NCBI GenBank assembly: GCA_013265495.1
Contig: MU058205.1
Location: 198,312 to 262,311 of the forward strand
DNA: 64,000 bases
Source: Vicugna vicugna
Lineage: Eukaryota
Direction of reading: 5' to 3'
Shown here: positions 25,111-38,000 of the stretch, piece after piece
Numbering within the stretch: the first letter of the stretch is position 1
Layout of the letters: the number at the start of each line of letters is the position of its first letter
Made by a program: the position numbers and the translations under genes
The notes under the pieces: generated by a model
Seen by the model: the letters and a program-made list of their open reading frames with translations, nothing else
Told to the model about the DNA's origin: nothing
Databases searched by the model: none

Positions 25111-25655
25111 TATAGAAAACCCTAAAGACTCCACACAAAAGCTGCTAGAGCTGATAAAAGAATTCAGCAAGTTTGAAGGATACAAGATTGACATACAGAA
25201 ATAAGTTGCATTTCTTTACACTAACAATGAAGTATCAGAAAGGGCAAGTAAAGAAACAGTTGATTCTATAATCACATCCAAAAAAATACTTAGGAATAAA
25301 TCTGACCAAGAAAGTGAAAGACTTATATGCAGAGAACTACAAAACACTGACTAAAGAAACTAAAGATGACTTAGAGAAATGGAAAGCTATCCCATGTTCT
25401 TAGATTGGAAGAATTCATATTGTTAAAATGGCCATACTGCCCAAAGCAGTCTACAGATTTAATGCAATCCCTATCAGATTGCACAGGATATTTTTCACAG
25501 AACTAGAACAAATAATCCTAAACTTAATATGGAATCACAAAAGACCCTGAATTGCCAAAGCAATACTGGAGGAAAAGAACGAAGCTGGAGGAATAAGCCT
25601 TCCAGGCTTCAGACAATACTACAGAGCTACAGTCATCAAAACAGCATAGTATTGG
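25111..25655 (+). mobile_element. Internal L1 ORF2 fragment without a 3' tail
   Basis: Closely parallels about 10646-11185 of the larger L1; no 3'UTR or poly(A). Confidence 0.85.
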
Positions 25656-26029
25656 TATAGAATGATGTATTCGTGAGAACCATCATATATACATACTTAT
25701 GACACATATAACTGTTCATATATGTTTACATACATAAAATATGTTATGATATCTAGTACACTTTTTTTATTACAAAAATAAGAATAGCTTTGTAAATAGT
25801 GTAAAAATACTGCCTCGTCCAAGTCAAGGTTGGTTTCTGATTTGTTTCTGGTGGTCTTTTCATTCTTCAAAAATTTTTCTTTGTTTCTTCTACTAGTTCA
25901 CTCACCTCTACGGCTGCTGATAAAAGAAATAAAACCTTTGTTAGTTTTCCAGCATAGAATGACTCCATGTGGGGAATTACATTTAGAATTAGAATCATAA
26001 GATTCCTTTAATTTTTTGAATCAATTGCA

Positions 26030-26158
26030 TTTTCTTTTTTTTAAATTTACTTTTTTTTTTTAATGGAGGTACTGGGATTGAACCCAGCACCGCATGCATT
26101 AACCCAGGGCCTCATGCATGTTAAACATGCACTCTACCACTGAGCTAAACCCACCCCT
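26030..26158 (-). mobile_element. Vic-1-like SINE
   Basis: T-rich tail, GGGATTGAACCC, CTCTACCACTGAGCTAAACCCACCCC. Confidence 0.8.
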
Positions 26159-26171
26159 TGGATCTCTTTTA

Positions 26172-26337
26172 TTTATTTTTATGTTTATAAGCATAGTTTT
26201 TTTTTTAACTTTTTTTTCAGGGGGAGTAATTAGGTTTATTTATTTATTTATTTGATGGAAGGACTGGGGATTGAACCCAGGACCTCATGCACATGCTAAG
26301 CATGTGCTCTACCACTGAGCTGTACCCTCCCCCCTCC
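26172..26337 (-). mobile_element. Vic-1-like SINE
   Basis: Same head and tail motifs; flanked by GATCTCTTTTA at 26161 and 26339. Confidence 0.85.
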
Positions 26338-26809
26338 AGATCTCTTTTAGAGTTAGAGAGACTGGTCTCTCTAGTTTCCTCATCCCCATTTCAGAGATGA
26401 GAACACTGAGACTGGAAGGAATGGAGAAGGTTGTCTACGTCACAATGCACTTTTGGTTGTGGAGCAGGGATTGAAAGGGGGCTTCCGACCTGAGCCTTGT
26501 TCATCCCATTCTGTGCCCTGTTCCGTATGGTGTCTGAAACTCAGGGGCTGACCAAACAGCTTGTCCATTATTCTGAATCTGGATTTACTTTGACCCCCAC
26601 CTGAGCCCACCCTGTCCCCTTTGTGATCATTTCAGCACTGGAGAAAGGGCAGGAGGGAGGTGAGGGGCACTACATGCCAGTTTGAAAAAAGAAACATTGA
26701 GAAAATCACTAAGTGAGCCTTAGATTAAGATACCGCTCGTACCCCTCCTATGTACATTAAGTAATCCAAGTCACTCACTGGAGTCTCACCTGTCTCTCTA
26801 GGATAATGA

Positions 26810-26990
26810 CAGTTAAGCGTTTTTACTGAACATTTATTAAGTGCCAGCTCCAGCCCTGATTTCAGTGGCTTAGTGTATAACTCACTTAGTTCTCACCCCT
26901 CCCCTACGGCATAGACGAAAGCCTTGCCATCATCACTCCTATTTTACAGATGAGGAAACTGAGGCCCAGAGGGTGAAGTCAGTCGCTCTT
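26810..26990 (-). mobile_element. MIR SINE
   Basis: Core CCTATTTTACAGATGAGGAAACTGAGGCCCAGAG. Confidence 0.7.
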
Positions 26991-29900
26991 TACTACCCAC
27001 ACCCTCCCAAGCACACAGACACACACTGCTGATAGTCATCGCTTTCTGTCTCCGTCCATGGGCCCAGTAATCAGTGATCAAGGACTAAGGTGTTCAGCGC
27101 ACTAAGGAAGGGAAGTTCTAGGGGTGCAGAGCGACTGAGCCCAGTCGGGGCGAGGGGGGCATGTGCGCAATGACAGTCGAGATAGACCGAGAAGGCCTAG
27201 AAGCATGGACAGGGTCTCAGGGGGCCGCACAGGAGGCCATGGCTGCCTGGGAGGAGGCAGGGAAGGGGTCTTCACACAAGAAGTGCAATGTCAGCTGTGT
27301 ATTAAAATGAAACAGAACTTGATCAAGAGGGTCTGGGCTAGTTAAGAGGTTAAAAAGGGCATTTTGGGCAGAGAACATGCTGTATGCAAAAGTTTGGAAG
27401 CCTGAAGGCACATCTGTTTCACCCAGGCCTCCAGTACAGTGCGCACACATGATGGTGTTTGTCGCTTAAACAGTGACACCGCTGAGAGGAAAGAGGAGGG
27501 GCTGTGGGTCGTCCTCTCTAACTGCACTGTCACCCCAGCCACCCTTGGCCTCAAAGATGACAAAGAATGACTTACAATCGAGCTGCCATGGCAAGAAAAA
27601 CCTGATGGTGGAGAGCAGCTCTGCGCTGAGACGAGCCACCAAAACTGGACTGAGATGTGTCAGCTTTCTAAGTAGAAGGACCGGCCAAGTGAGAATTTAA
27701 ACTAGGAAAGAAGGTGGGTATTGGGGAAGACACTGAAAATTTGCAAAGCACTAATGGAAAGGACCTTTCGGCACGGGGCAGTGAGGGAGATGCGCAGTGT
27801 GCAGGGAAGGAGGGGACCAGTTAAAAGAGTCTGATGACAGAACTTGGGACAGGGGTGTGGGATGTGGGAGGTGGTGGACAGCCAGGGCTGTCCTGGACCA
27901 GGCACTGCTAGGGCCGTGGAGACAAGGGCCTGGGTTTTGGCCTTGGGCTCTGGGGTCTAGAACATGGATGGCAGCTTGGCATGACCACAGGTGCAGGCAA
28001 GGCTGGGCAGTGAACAGGGCTCCTGCCCTCCCAGGTGAGCCCCAGCTGGCCGCGCTGAAGACGCAGGTGTGCTTACCCAGGATGGTCCAGCTCCCAGCGA
28101 GGAGCATCTCTGCTGGGGCCCCTTGGTCATCTTTTCTCTACATCTTCGCCACCTCTGGCTCTTCTTCTTAGGGATGTGCTTCACGTATCTGCGTCTATCT
28201 ACAGACTTTTCCAATGTATTCACTCCAATGCTTACATGCCCATGACCTTGTTTGCTACAGGAGGCAGTTTAATCATTACACTTATCGAAACATGGATTAA
28301 CCAGAGCATAGAACGGGTTGAGGTTTGTTCACAGCAGGGGAGCATTGCGGCACCCAGCTGGGAGAGGCTGGGGAGAGCAGGGGGCGAGGAAATGAACACT
28401 TGTTTTCTCTGGAGCAGACAAGGGCCTTTAGAAGCCATGTTTCCAGCGATGCGGTGGGGACAGGAATGCTTTCAGTGACCATCCCCAGGCCCTTCAGTCA
28501 GCCTTTGCCTTGGGCAAGCATTTTTCCATACAGTCTTCCCCTAGAGGGTCAGATGGTGCAGCGCAGCTCCTGTGTACGGTTCTGGCTGTGGCTTTGAATT
28601 TTGGTGTTTACCTCCACCTGCAAAGTGAAACCAACCAAAGATCAACTCTGCTGCTTGATTCTAGCATTTACACAGCAAAGAAACCAGGCTACAGAATCAT
28701 GGACTTGGCTGAGCTCCTCTGTCCTGGAAGAAAATGAATTGCCAGGGCAGCCAACCTTGAATGTCATGCATAGGTGGGGCTGTCGCATCGAGCCGCACTG
28801 CAGTCGTCACCAGTGACGCTCCAGCTCAAGGCCCAGTGGACCCTGCTGACTCGCCTGGGCTCACTCTTTCAGAAAGGCGTGAAGTGGCGCGGCCGAGGAA
28901 GGCTGCAACCCTGCCCTGAGAAACCCATCCCTCCAGAATCTCAGGGAACCTCAGCAGAAGTGTGGCCAGGGCGCCACTCGCACACACAGAGCGGAGATGC
29001 ACCGTGGCTGGATGCCTCCCAAGTGCCCGTCAGAGCTGAGACGGATTTCAGCGTGGCGATGCACACGCACCCACTTGGAGCTCATTTCTCTCTTTCACGA
29101 TGGCAAACAAATGCCAACAAAGAACTTCTTCCTGGTTGTCCTGGGCTTCCCCACCGCAGGATTTCTGCATAGTCAAAAGAGATGAAAGGGAAGGAGGAAA
29201 TAAGGCGAATGAAGTTTTTCAGATGGAAAAGCAGGCTAACTTGGGATTTTCAGGAACCTTTTGGTCAGTCTGTATTTTGTCTCAGAGGTGCCATCACAAA
29301 GCCTGCCTTTCCATATGACCCATGTCTCCTCCTTTTTATATTCTGGTGCTTTGACTTCTTGGGGTCTTGTTGATCCTGAAAGGGACTCTCCCTCTGCAGG
29401 TTGGCCAGTTTCTAGAGACCATGATCCTCTCGCCTGAGAGCACCACTTTCACAGGCAAATCAGCCGATCCAGAGCCCCCCTCCCCCCACCTCCCCCATGG
29501 GACTCTCACTGTCCCCTTGACCTAGTCACCAGGCCCAGGTTTCAGACACCTAGGGACAGCCCTCCACCCCAGAGCCCTGAAATGATTCAAAGTAGCCAAT
29601 CCCGAGCCTGCTGGCTGTGCCTCACCTGTTCCTTTCCCCAGCAACCCCAGCCCTTCTGCCCCTCCTGCCCCCATCACTGGCCCTGGAGCTTCCCCACGTG
29701 GTCCTCCCCCAATGGCACGGTGCCCCCTCCTCCTGGGATCTGTGGGTAACAAGCTCTTTTTTCAGTGGCAGTCACGTCCTGATCTGTTGGCCTCACGGTA
29801 CCTGAATAAGAATGAAACGTACATTTGGACACGCTCTTTCCCAGTGCTGCTGACCTGGTGAGTGGGCACCAGGACGGAGGTGCAGTGCTCTCCTGACGTG

Positions 29901-31268
29901 AGGCTGGCCTTCCCTGCTCCCCGCACCCACCCCTCACCCCATGTCTTCAGCCATGTCCTCTCCCATCAATTATTTGAAAATGGTAACAAGCAGATTTTCC
30001 ATACTTGCTGAGAAAACCAGATTAAAAAACTAAGGCAAAATCTGTCTTCCTCCTCCCACCCCCCTGCTCTGAAGGAAATGGCATTCATCAGGGTCACTTT
30101 GTCCCCTGGGAGCCGCCTGACTAGTCCGCCCAGTTTCAGGGTGGTTGGAACAGGATGGGGCAGACAGATGACGTGTGCTGTGATCCCCTCCAGAAAGTCG
30201 CTGTTCTGGGAACTGGGTTAACACTCAGACGGCTGCTCTCCCAACAGATTGAGAAAGTCAGAATCAAGGAAGTGATTGCATTAAAAATCTGTACCATTAA
30301 AAAAAAATCTTTTTAATTCCCTATTTTCTCCCGACCATCTCGAAATCCTTTCTTCACATGAGAACCAGTCTCCTGCAGGTGGGATACACACACTTCTCCA
30401 ACAGATGGAGGCAAGGTTAGATGGAGGATGTGACTTATGAGCTGAGAAATAAAAGACACCAAGGATGCTGGGGAAGCCTTTAGACTGGAGGAGCCGGTCA
30501 CATTCCTGTGAGGCCAGTGATGGGACACACGCCACCTGACTTGCCCTTCAAGGACATGCCACTCAAGGACCCTTAAGGACAGCACATGGTTAAAGGGTGG
30601 GGGGATGGGGGGCTTCTGATGCCATGGGATCGTTTGGCCCTGGCAGGTTGACACTTCATCATGTGCCCACTGGGTGGCTAGTGAGATGGACACTTCTCAA
30701 CTCTCATCTTCAGCGAGAGGGTTTTCCAGCAAGGGGCAGCCCAGGGGCAGATGAGACGTGTCTGTGCTGTGCCCCTCTCTCCCACCATTGCCCTGTGTCT
30801 ATGGCATTTCCCCTCCTCCTGCCCATCCTCCTCATGTACCCCCTCCCTCTTCATCAGTTTTCTCTTTTGCCTTTTGGTGAGGATGCTGTTGAACTCCGGG
30901 AAACCAGGTTGGAAAAGCCATAGCCTTCAGCTCAGTGGCAGAGACAGTCCTAACAGCAGCCCCACCACCACCTGGCTCCAGACAAAACTGACAGCAAGCA
31001 TTTCTGAACTCCTGCTGCATGCCACGCCTGCTCGATACCCGGGGCCTGGGGATGGCTGAGCTGCCGCCTCGGGGCATCCATGTGCGGCAGGACTAGACTG
31101 TGTGCGGGCAAAAAGACAGGCCCAGGGTGTGGTCAGGGCAGCCTTGGACCTGGGACAAGGCCTTACGTGGAACGAATGGTCAGGAGAGTTTCTCCTGGAG
31201 GCACAATGTGACCACATTTCAAACACTGGAGGGCTGAGGAGGGTAAGAGGCACTTGACTTGCCCTTTG

Positions 31269-31635
31269 TTTGCTCAGGGTTGAAGACCATGGCCAAGGAA
31301 GGCAGACTTGCAGATGCCCTTGACTAAGAGGAGGGGCTGAAATCAGCCTTCGGGGTCAGCGTGAGTTCCCTGGTCCTAGAGATGTCAGGGTGGGAACTGG
31401 CCCCGACACTGACCCCTCAGACTGGTGGGTTGTGCTTCATCCATGAAAACATCTTTGCTCAGGGTTGAAGACCATGGCCAAGGAAGGCAGCCTTGCAGAT
31501 GCCCTTGGCTAAGAGGAGGGGCTGAAATCAGCCTTTGGGGTCAGCGTGAGTTCCCTGGTCCTAGAGATGTCAGGGTGGGATCTGGCTCTGACACTGACCC
31601 CTCAGACTGGTGGGTTGTGCTTCATCCATGAAAAC
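31269..31635. repeat. Tandem duplication, 185-bp period, two copies
   Basis: 31269-31450 versus 31454-31635; about 6 substitutions by eye; 3-nt spacer ATC. Confidence 0.95.
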
Positions 31636-32344
31636 TCAGAGGTGAAAATAATTGATTAGTGAAAATGTAGAGTCTACTTCATGAATCCAGCACTGAAAGG
31701 GAACTTAGAAATGCATTTCCCTATTTTAGAAAACTAGCATTTTTTGTGAGTACACAGTGAGTCCTGGGGATGAACTGAAATAACTATAAGTCTGTGTGCT
31801 AATGGGATGGTTACAGTGGGAGCCTGTGATTTTATTCCTTGATGCAGTCATGGGATGTACATCAAGAAAGTCAAAATTATAAGGCTTTCCATAGAGTAAA
31901 TGCTCAGTAAATGCTTGATGAGTTGAAATGCATTGACTCATCCTGTCCTACAGCTCAGGAAACTGAAACGAGGCATCTGCAGCTTGAAGAGAACAGGGTG
32001 GGATTCTGGGCCTGGCTGTCCTTGTTCGTGACCCCAGCAAACCACGCAGCTCCGTGACTGCCGTCCCTCGCGTGGCCTTGGGAGAAGACTGGGCTGCTCT
32101 CGGGAAGGACTGGTTTACACGTTCAAAGTGCTGTTGTTGCTACTTATTGCTGCTCTCATTGTCACTGTTGCTATGTTTTAAACTATTACAAGCATACAAG
32201 ATTTTAAGCCAGAAGAACGCCTTCCTTAACAAGGGGAAAGAGGCAGCATACGGACGTAGCTCTGAGAAACGGTGGAGCAGGAAAGAGGGAGGCGGGTATA
32301 GCCGGGCACAGGAAGGCTGTGTTGATCAGACACGGGCTTGCTTC

Positions 32345-32815
32345 TGTTGCCGAATGGAAGCTTGTGCGCCGGACACAACCTGAAGCCGAGCAAACTGAAA
32401 CATCGGAGTTTGGAGCAGAGAAAGGTTTGCTGCAGGGCCGAGCAAGGAGAACGGGGTGGCTCATGCCCAGGAAAACCCCAAACTCCTCCAAGGGTTTCAG
32501 CAAAGAATATTTAAAGGCAGGTGATGGAGGGGGGTCTCAGGGTGTGTGATCAGCTTGTGCACAGTCCTCTGGTTGATGTGGAGGGAACAGGGTGTCAACA
32601 GCATCACCCCGTGGGAGCCAGAAGGTCTGGGGACCACGTGCGCTTGATCATCAAGCGGTTAATTTCTTCCCTTTGGTGGTGGGTTTTAGTGTCTGAAAAA
32701 CTCAAGAAACATACATAAGATACTATGATCTGGGTGCTTCCGAGAGGGGCTGCAGCAGAGGACACAGAGGAGGGGTCTCCCCCAGGAAGGCCCCACAAGG
32801 TCCTGCTCGGTTACA
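32345..32815 (-). mobile_element. ERV1-like solo LTR, family B copy 1
   Basis: TGTTGCC...GGTTACA termini; homologous to 42388-42873. Confidence 0.8.
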
Positions 32816-35422
32816 AATCCTAGCTTTTTAAAAATCTGTGTGACTCTGGGTGAGTGTCAGAGCTCCCCGTGGTAGATCGTGCGACTGCTGAAGCACTTTC
32901 TGCCCTTCCCTGCGGAGCTGTCCCTGGGGGAAGATTCTGCTGCTCTTCCTGTTGCCATTAGACTTGTCAGGGTGACGAGCTTGGCCAGTGACATGTAAGT
33001 GGGAGTGACATGAGCCTCCTCCGAGCAGAAGTCTGGTCCCTCCACGCCTCTTTACCCCCTGCCATGGGAAAGGCGACGTCTCAGACAAGGGGCTGCTCCC
33101 TCAGCCTGGAGAACCCAGCTGCAGCCAGTATGCAGCACGGGTGAGAACCTTCTGCACCGCTCAGCCACCTGGACTCGGCGGTTGTTACTGCATCATAACA
33201 GAACCAGCACTGATGGGTGTGCTACGAACCTCAACCTCTTCACCTGCAAAATGAACGTAATAGAATCCATGGTGAGAAATGTGGTGATGACCACGGGGAT
33301 GGTGATGAGAGTCCTCATAATAAAAGCATCCACACGGCGAGTACTTCTGATGTGCCAGGGACGATCCCCAATTCTGATGTGCTCTGTATGTTGTAGCTAC
33401 TTGCTCCTCACTCAGCAAACCCATTACAGGGATACCGTTATGATCCACATTTACAGAGGAGGAAACGGGCACCCAGGGGCTGACACTTGTGAAGGAGACT
33501 GAATCGCGGCAGCAAATTTGTAAATGTCAATCTCCCTTCCCTTTCTTCGACAGCGATGGTGGTTTGGGGGCTTTCTTCCCCACCACCACCATCACCAACT
33601 CCCTAACCTCCTGTGTCAGAGGCATGAGGGAGACTGATGAATCTGCTAGAGGACAAGCTCCCTCCAGAAGTCCATCAGCCGTGGGTCATGGGCAGATGCC
33701 ACGTTCTGAAGACCTTCTCACTGCACCTTGCGTGGGGGTCTGGCTGAGACCAGGTGTGCGCCTGCTACCACGGACCAGCTTCTGGGTAGTGAGGAGCTAC
33801 AGTCCGTGAGCTCGTGATCAGCTTGGGCCACCACTGTCCCATCACTTCACATGTGGCCTGATGACTCCTGTGGTTTGTTTTGACTGAATGAAATTTGCTT
33901 AGCTTAATGGCAAATTCAGACAATTTGCAAAAGACATAGCTTGGTAATTTTGAGTGAGGATCAGGTTAGGGAGGAAGTCGTCCATGACGTTTTCTTTGTA
34001 GTATCCTGGGGTGGTAGTTAATTAGCACAAGGGTCTTTACATGGAGCAGCTGCTTAGCGTAAATACTGCCGAGGCTCAGGGAATTTCGTCAGGGCGAATT
34101 AAACAGTGGGGTCCGAAGCTGCATTTCCCTTCTCTGAAAAATAATAATCATAATTAGCTGCCACTCCACAACGTTTTGAAGGCTAAAAACTGCATCTCTG
34201 TGTTTTCCACTCGTTTCTCCCCAGGTGCTGGGGTGACGAGCGCTTCCCAGCCCAGCACACGTGCTCTGCACAGCGATGCCTGACAGCGGGAGCCGCACCA
34301 GGAATGTCTGATACATTCCCTCCCGCTTTGTGCTCCTTACCTCATTTGACTGAAAACATACAAACTCTGGAAGGTGGTTTCACTGCCATATGGGTAGTGG
34401 AAGCTGTAAATGTGATTGTAATAAATCACAGGAGGATTGGAAAGGTGCCTGCAGGTTTACCTGCCTGAAACTGAGCAGGGATCTCCCCCCACAAATGTGC
34501 TTCCCCTTTCCCTTCCAGATCCTGGAAAGTGATGCCTCCTTTCACCAGTCGGAAATCTGGGGTCCCTCCTGATGTCATTTTCTTCCCCCCACATCCAGTC
34601 CACACCACATCCTAAATGCACCTCGAGGACATTTTGTCCAGCCGCCTCCCGCTCTTCACTGGGTCTTGGACCTCTGCTCTTGGACACTTACTGCAACAGC
34701 TTCCTAAGGTTTCCTGGCTCCAGGTCATCCTCCAGCAGTAAGTATGATCCGTAACCCTATCACAGTCTGTCCTTGTCCCTTAACTGATGGCACACTAACC
34801 CCCACGATTCTGTCGTTTGCTGTAGATGCCCAACTCTCCCTGGTGGCTCTGCACGTCTCTTCTCTAGTTCTTCCAGGCCAGCTCCTACTAGTCGTCCAAG
34901 TGTCAGCTCAAATGTCACTTCTTTAAAAAAGTCTTCCCTGATCCCACCACCCAGTCAAACCTGGTTCTCCTGGTTCTCCTCTCCCGATCTTTCACTGCCT
35001 CTGTTATTCGCTCCGCTGAGGGCAACATCACAATCTGCATGTCTGTCTTCACTGGGTGGTGATTTGTTTCCTGGGACCCTGCCACCCTACACTGTGAGCA
35101 AGGCCAGTCCCAGAGCTCAAGGCTAGTTACCATTTCACAGCGGAAGGACAGTTTCCAAAGAGCAGTGTGGCTGTGAGATGACTGACGGGGCCAGTGAACA
35201 GTCAGTGGGGAGGGAGATGGCGTGGCAGAGGGCACCATGAACAGGCTGTTTAGGGGAGCTGGGTAGACATGATGGACAGACTTAGGCCAGTCAGGAACCT
35301 GCTGTGGTTTGGGCAGGTGGGCAAGGGTGGAGGGGGAATGTCCCCAGAAAGGGGCGTGTCTCATATGCATTGAGCAAAGATGACAGTGAGATTCAAGGGA
35401 AAATGTCCCAGACACGAGAGAC

Positions 35423-36182
35423 ACAGGAAGTTAGGCATGCAAAACATGGACACGTAAGATTTAAAGGATTTTTAAACGTCACACTAAGCTCAAATTAAAT
35501 TTTTTCATTAGAAACGTTCTCAATATCATTTGCAATTTTTCCATTACTTTGGGTTTTAAAGCAACTTTCACTTTGTAACTCATGAAATGGTGGTGACACC
35601 AGTGAAGATACGTGGGCAAGAGAAGGAACCGTGGTGGCTTGACAGGTGCAGACGGCAGCTCGCCAAGGTCGGGGCAGCTCCGGGCCCTGCAGCGCTCGCT
35701 CTTCTGGCTCCGGGGCGATGTTCGCTTCTCCCTGGCTTTGCGTCCCTGAATCCCTCCTTCCCTAGGCGCCCCCTCTCTGAGAAGCCTCTCTGACATTTTG
35801 GGACAGGAAGTTAGGCATGCAAAACATGGACACGTAAGATTTAAAGGATTTTTAAACGTCACACTAAGCTCAAATTTTTTCATGAGTTTAGAAACGTTCT
35901 CAATATCATTTGCAATTTTTCCATTACTTTGGGTTTTAAAGCAACTTTCACTTTGTAACTCATGAAATGGTGGTGACACCAGTGAAGATACGTGGGCAAG
36001 AGAAGGAACCATGGTGGCTTGACAGGTGCAGACGGCAGCTCGCCAAGGTCGGGGCAGCTCCGGGCCCTGCAGCGCTCGCTCTTCTGGCTCCGGGGCGATG
36101 TTCGCTTCTCCCTGGCTTTGCGTCCCTGAATCCCTCCTTCCCTAGGCGCCCCCTCTCTGAGAAGCCTCTCTGACATTTTGGG
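35423..36182. repeat. Tandem duplication, 380-bp period, two near-identical copies
   Basis: 35423-35802 versus 35803-36182; they differ by one substitution (GAACCG/ATGG) and two compensating 5-nt indels. Confidence 0.95.
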
Positions 36183-37224
36183 CAAGTGGATGGCCCATCC
36201 TCGGTGCCAGAGCCCAGCAGAAGCGCCTCCAGAGAAGTGCCCACCTCACGCTATTGCAAGGTCTGCTTGTCCTCAGACACACCCAGGTCTGCACCCAATT
36301 TCTCTTCTTACTAGTCGGGTGGTCTTAGTGAGAATTCTTCTGGTTTTCAGCCCTGCACCTGCCAGTTCAGCCTGGTCACTGTGCTAGACTCATTCATTCA
36401 TTCAACCCTTCTGGCATGAGCTCCTGCTACGGGCTGGGTCCTGGGCTAAGGGCTGAGCTCAGAACTACAAACAAAACAGGCAAAGTGCCTGCTCTCATGG
36501 GATTTGTGTCTCCTGCGGAGAGACAGTGAGTATGACGAGCCTATATCGCATCAGCTCCCAGGGGAGGGCCGACCCCGCCCTCCATCGCTCCCCCCCCCAA
36601 CCTTGGCAGCGCCTCCCTGCTGGGGCCTCCAGGAAGGGGCTTTTGGAAGCAAGGGGAGGATTGTTTTCTAATCAGGGGGAAAATTCTCTAAGGCAACACA
36701 CGACCATGACACTGATCTTTTTCCTGCTTAAAGTCGGTGAATCTAGAAAGCTCCTCACCCTCTAGAAGTGAGGAGAAGGTCCCCAGGTGTCTCCTTCTTG
36801 ACGGGAGCTGAAAGGAAGAGCCAGTGCAGCCAGGGGGCTGAGGAAGACCCTGGGACAAAGACGGTGGTGACTGTCGTGTTTGTCTGATCCTGCACGTGGC
36901 CCGCCCAATGTGCTGGAACAGGTCAGAGGGGAAAGGCAGAAACCGAAAAGGCCCCGCGGACAAGAGGCAAGAAATGTAGACGGGCCAGGGCAGGGAGATT
37001 TCCTCCAGCCCATCTGGCTAAGAGTCCCACCGACGCCATTATGGGGGGGATTAAAAGTACTACATCTCTGTGTGCCATTTGCAGCTTTTGCATGCATAAT
37101 TTATGCATAAGGTAACAGTTGAATAAACGAGGCATATTTCAGAGTGTGATTCAGCTATTCCCAATAAGCCTTCCTTGTTTATATAGTATACTAAATTAAA
37201 TGCAAAACACACATCGAACCAAGG

Positions 37225-38000
37225 ACTTGGGTCTGGGAATGTATCAAGAACTCAAAGGTCAATTACAGAAGACAAATGATCCAATTTTTTCTTTTAAGTG
37301 GGCAACAGATTTACCAGAGAAGATACACAGATGGCAAAATAGCACATGAAAAGACACTCAGCATCATTCTCATTCGGGAAATGCAAATCAAAATCACAAT
37401 GAGAGATAGCTGAACACCAATGAGAGTAGCTAACATTTCAAAAAGGAACCATACCAGAATGCAGTCTGGTGCAGCCATTATGAAAAGCAGTAAGGAGATC
37501 CCTTAAAAAACTGAAAATAGACTTACCCTAGGATCCAGCAAACCCACTCCTGGGCATGTATCTGGAGGGAACTCTAATTTGAAAAGATTTATGCTTCCCA
37601 GTGTTCGTAGCAGCCTTTACCTTTAGCTCATAGCAGCAACTACTCAGCCATAAAAAAAGAATAAAATAACGCCATTTGCAGCAACATGGATGGACCTGGA
37701 GATCATCATGCTAAGTGAAGTAAGTCAGAGAGAGAAAGAAAAATACCATATGGTTCACTTATATGTGGAACCTAAAAAAATGACACAAGTGGACTTATTT
37801 ACACAACAGTAACAGACTCACATACATAGAAAACCAACTTATGGTTAACAGAGGGGAAAGAGGGTGGGGAGGGATAAATTGGGTTTGGGATTTGTGGATA
37901 TTAACTGCTATATATAGCACAGGGAACTATAATACCGTGTAACGACCTATAATGAAAAAGAATATAAAAAGGAATATACATGTATAAATCAATCACTATG
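37225..38000 (+). mobile_element. L1 3' region (older piece followed by young camelid-type 3'UTR)
   Basis: GAAATGCAAATCAAAATCACAATGAG, ACTTACCCTAGGATCCAGC, GCCATTTGCAGCAACATGGATGGACCTGGAG; parallels 11960-12600. Confidence 0.85.

Noticed and set aside
35479..36244. Paired identical ORFs suggesting a gene duplication
   Set aside because: They simply reflect the 380-bp tandem duplication; no splice or homology support.
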